Source: Hypanus sabinus
Taxonomy: Eukaryota
Assembly: GCF_030144855.1 (NCBI RefSeq)
Contig: NC_082731.1
Location: 20,212,001 to 20,276,000 of the forward strand
Direction of reading: 5' to 3'
DNA: 64,000 bases
Below are positions 62,814 to 64,000 of this stretch, piece by piece. Each line of letters starts with the position of its first letter. Within the stretch, counting starts at the first letter, position 1. Below the pieces are notes generated by a model. It saw only the letters and a list, made by a program, of their open reading frames with translations. It ran no database searches and was not told the origin of the DNA. The translations under genes and the position numbers were made by a program.

Positions 62814-63246
62814 ATGAATTTCCTGTGCTCTCTGCTGATTATATTGGCTTTTTTGCCCGGTGAGTCTTCGCGGTAACGGTCTGTATCTGTTCCTTATGTC
62901 CGGAGAAAACTTGATCTGTTCATGCATTCTGTCATTTTATTGCAGGAGCAATTGGGAAAGATTCCGTGACGCAGTGGCCGACTGATATAACGATTGTGGA
63001 AGATCAAAATGTAACACTGAACTGTAATTACACTGGCGATCCTTACAATCTCTATTGGTACGTTCAGCATCGAGTGGAGTCTCCAAAATACTTGCTAAGG
63101 ATGTACAGCAGCGGAAAAATTGAGCGTCATGCAGAATGTCCGGCGCGGTTTTCTGGTGGTTGGCAGAGAGTCAACAAGACGGCACATTTGGAGATCTCTG
63201 GTGCTTTCGTGTTGGACTCCGCCGTGTATCTTTGTGCCATGGGTCC
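62814..63246 (+). CDS. TRAV: TCR alpha/delta-like V gene V6, join(62814..62859,62946..63246), open
   Basis: Leader MNFLCSLLIILAFLP|G; V exon NCNYTGDPYNLYWYVQ..RMYSSGKIERHAECPARFSGG..YLCAMG. Confidence 0.92.
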
Positions 63247-63285
63247 CACAGTGTTGTAAGGTGATGACAGCGCCGGACAAAATCG
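63247..63285 (+). other. 23-RSS of V6 (nonamer variant)
   Basis: CACAGTG + 23 bp + ACAAAATCG (one C lost relative to paralogs). Confidence 0.9.
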
Positions 63286-63304
63286 TCCACGATGCACTGA
63301 GCGC

Positions 63305-63318
63305 TCGCTAGAGGGGGC
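63305..63318 (+). promoter_or_regulatory. CTCF-like motif 19 bp 3' of the V6 RSS
   Basis: TCGCTAGAGGGGGC. Confidence 0.45.
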
Positions 63319-64000
63319 TCTTTACCCGGAAGCTGGCAGGAGCGCAAAAACATATCCCCACGGTCACGTGAGCGACTTAAGAATTCGAACATTATTCTCA
63401 GATGATATGCAGATTTGAGGAAATCTCCGTCAATGGCAGCTGTACCAATTCGCTCAAGCTGAAATGTTACAAAATATTTCCCAAACACATGTCATATTTT
63501 AGTTGATACAGGGGCGATAGTGTCGATAACTGATATGGCTATTGCAACAAATGGACTGGATATTATATTACGGGTGCAGGCGAAATAATGGTGAAAATAG
63601 AAAGAAACGAATTGCAGATAATCGAAATAGGCGAGGCGGCACTTTCAGTGAATTTCTGGATCTGTCCAAATAATGAGGGTACTATTCTCGGAATAGACAA
63701 TGAAAGGGAAGGAAGGGCTATTGCAGATCAAGGAAATTGAAATAATATGCACAAGCCAAGGGCAGCGAGCACGTGCACAACGTAGTCAGCGTAACCACTC
63801 TGACAGCTGTTCACAAGGCAGTAACGGCAATTCGGGATACTAGAATTAAATCCCCGAGCTCTCTCCTCACAGAGAGGGCGGCACAAGGATGTCAAATAGG
63901 AATAGAGCAGGAGAAATATATGGATGCAGAGGAAACATCTCAGTACGGAAAGCAGGGAATCGCTTTGTGGATGGGTCTTCGAGGTTAAAAGAACTTGCAA

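Noticed and set aside
1-64000. CRISPR arrays, prokaryotic operons or rRNA
   Set aside because: None were seen; the repeats are kilobase-scale segmental duplications in eukaryotic DNA with spliceosomal introns.

Overview
Vertebrate, non-prokaryotic DNA. The repeat families (CR1 LINE, Penelope-like elements, tRNA-derived SINE) suggest a cartilaginous fish, probably a ray/batoid; this is inference and is not confirmed. The window is part of a tandemly amplified T-cell receptor V-segment array, most like TCR alpha/delta V. It holds six + strand V genes (V1 1545, V2 21894, V3 28049, V4 43604, V5 56749, V6 62814). Each has a 46-nt leader exon, an 86-nt GT-AG intron, a 301-nt V exon and a 23-bp-spacer RSS. 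V2, V3, V4 and V6 are open; V1 and V5 each carry one premature stop. The array is built from a ~6.1-kb monomer organised into a ~35-kb higher-order repeat. The post-V module occurs 11 times for only 6 V genes, and one V was removed by a visible microhomology deletion. The array also contains a tRNA-Leu(UAA) gene (one intact copy, one decayed copy), two 3'-truncated CR1 copies, Penelope-like fragments, a solo LTR with 5-bp TSD, and a SINE-containing insertion with 14-bp TSD. The most notable observation is a forward CTCF-like motif 19-23 bp 3' of every RSS nonamer, as in mouse proximal VH genes. Others are an inverted CCAAT pair in every promoter, an extra conserved Cys in every V domain, and AGY-versus-TCN serine codon partitioning between CDRs and frameworks. 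No D, J or C segments are visible. Nearly all other ORFs in the track are spurious.
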